A stretch of 63,108 nt of DNA, counting the filler, from Pelomyxa schiedti (lineage: Eukaryota; Protista; Evosea), in the NCBI GenBank assembly GCA_020536535.1. It is 7 parts of 7 records of this genome, joined end to end, with 100 filler letters (N's around TTAATTAATTAA, not from the genome) between each part and the next. Parts side by side here need not be neighbours in the genome. Positions count along the whole stretch, not along the records: positions 61,390 to 63,108 come from JAHLWZ010002309.1; 6 more parts are not named here. One strand, given 5' to 3'. Within the stretch, counting starts at the first letter, position 1; each line of letters opens with the position of its first letter. Made by a program: the position numbers and the translations under genes. The notes under the pieces are model-generated. The model had not been told where the DNA came from, made no database searches, and was given only the letters and a program-made list of their open reading frames with translations. This document shows positions 61,854 through 63,108 of this stretch, one piece after another.

Positions 61854-63108
61854 ATGGCGAACCAAAAAGACGGAGCAACCCACTCGGCGGAGAACAAACA
61901 ACAGATCTTGGGGATCTCACGAGTCGTCTGGGAGCAAGTTGTGGTGCCGTGGGTGCTGCGGCCCGCGGTGGCTCGCCGCGAGTTGGGCAGCGAGCTCCAG
62001 CCCACGATTACGTCGTGCGTGCTGGCCACAGCGGAGGCCATGTTCCCCCTCGTGGCCCTGGCCTCCCGCGCCGTCGCCCTCTCGTCGACCTGCCGCGGGT
62101 CCCGGCACTACTCTGCCATCGAGGCTGCAGCAGCGTCGCTGAGCCCCAAGTGCGTGGCTTGGATGATCTCCCACAGGGCCGGTTGGGGCGAGAGGGAGGG
62201 AGCACCTGCAGGACGAGGAGACGGAGAAAAGAGGGGCAAGGAGGGGGGCAGGCGAAAGGCCAGGGAGCAGGTGGCTGTGCTGGCCGGCCTGTGTGGGGCT
62301 GGACACTTGCAGATGGCGCAGAGGTTTGTGGAAAGTGGGTTTGAGAGTTATGGGGAGGATACAAGCAAAATCCCACTGTGGTCAAGACCATGACCCAGAG
62401 ACAGAGAAAGTTTGCTTTGTCCTTATTTCTTCCTTTTTAGAATTCGGTTCAACGCTCCTCCGCATCTAAAACCAACTTTTCCTGAGGAAAGACTGAGAAA
62501 AAGTTGGTTTTGATCACGGAGGAGGGTTGTTTGTAGATAATTTAAACAAACAGTACCGATTATTTAGGTGAATATTCAACTCACGTTTTTTTTTCACTTC
62601 TCTTTATTAATTGCACTATTGTCTGACTGGAGAAAAAGAGCACAATGCAGTTGTGTCCTCACACAGGCCTGGAGGAGGGAACTGATCTTGCTGATGAATT
62701 TTTGAGTAACAGGGAATATTCCACATCATGGAACAAGTCTGCAAAAACGGGCACTTGGGTGTGTTGAAGTGGGTTGTGTCTGCATTATTCCAAATCCACT
62801 ACAGTGACAAGATGATGCCGGGATCGTGCCTCTGTACAGTAACAAGAAACGGGCACCTCCACATCATAAAGTGGTTGCTGGACACGTTTGGGTTTGAGTT
62901 TGGTGCCATTGATGCCAAACTCCAGCTTAAGAATGGTGTGTCTGATGTGAAATCCTTTGTGGAGGGCTTCCCACACTGGAAGTATCCTGAGGAGATGGCA
63001 AAATGTGTTGCTCTGGCTGAGGGTGCTTCTACTGATGAGATCATCGAAGTCTGCAAGTGGCTGAGCAATCGCTTTTCCATCCCTGAAGTGGATTTCCTTT
63101 CCTGGGAA
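61854..63108 (+). CDS. Lineage-specific divergent ankyrin-like repeat protein, 3' truncated, possibly disrupted
   Basis: SRVVWEQVVVPWVL N-terminus, then LAGLCGAGHLQMAQRF, VCKNGHLGVLKWVV and NGHLHIIKWLL (GHLxxxKWL-type repeats). Confidence 0.55.

Overview
This is eukaryotic, gene-dense genomic DNA with many short (~40-60 nt) GT-AG introns and the standard genetic code. The lineage-specific motifs remind me of an anaerobic amoebozoan such as Pelomyxa, but that is recollection and unverified. The window is not one locus. Six 100-nt spacers (N44-TTAATTAATTAA-N44) join seven segments: 1-12400, 12501-21865, 21966-34589, 34690-50265, 50366-54828, 54929-61289 and 61390-63108. Five plain ~100-N gaps have duplicated flanks. 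Recognisable genes are an importin-alpha-like ARM protein, eRF1, a G-protein alpha subunit, RPS2/uS5, DERA, a calpain, MCMBP, a formin, a Rab-like GTPase, an ankyrin-kinase, and two decayed Ty3/Gypsy pol remnants. The best candidate for a new system is segment 34690-50265. It holds a spliced CBM20 (glycogen/starch-binding)-PARP-type ADP-ribosyltransferase gene. About 1.4 kb downstream is an intronless 2553-aa protein combining pentapeptide repeats, a tankyrase-like ART domain, TPR, a degenerate atypical kinase, LRR, HEAT repeats and a C-terminal F-box-like motif. Other items of note are a four-member family of Cys-rich two-TM proteins, a GBP-like GTPase with a glycine-zipper tail, a gene built from repeated near-identical introns, and an intragenic inversion in a tandem duplicate. 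Exon boundaries were read by eye, so the ends of spliced genes are approximate.
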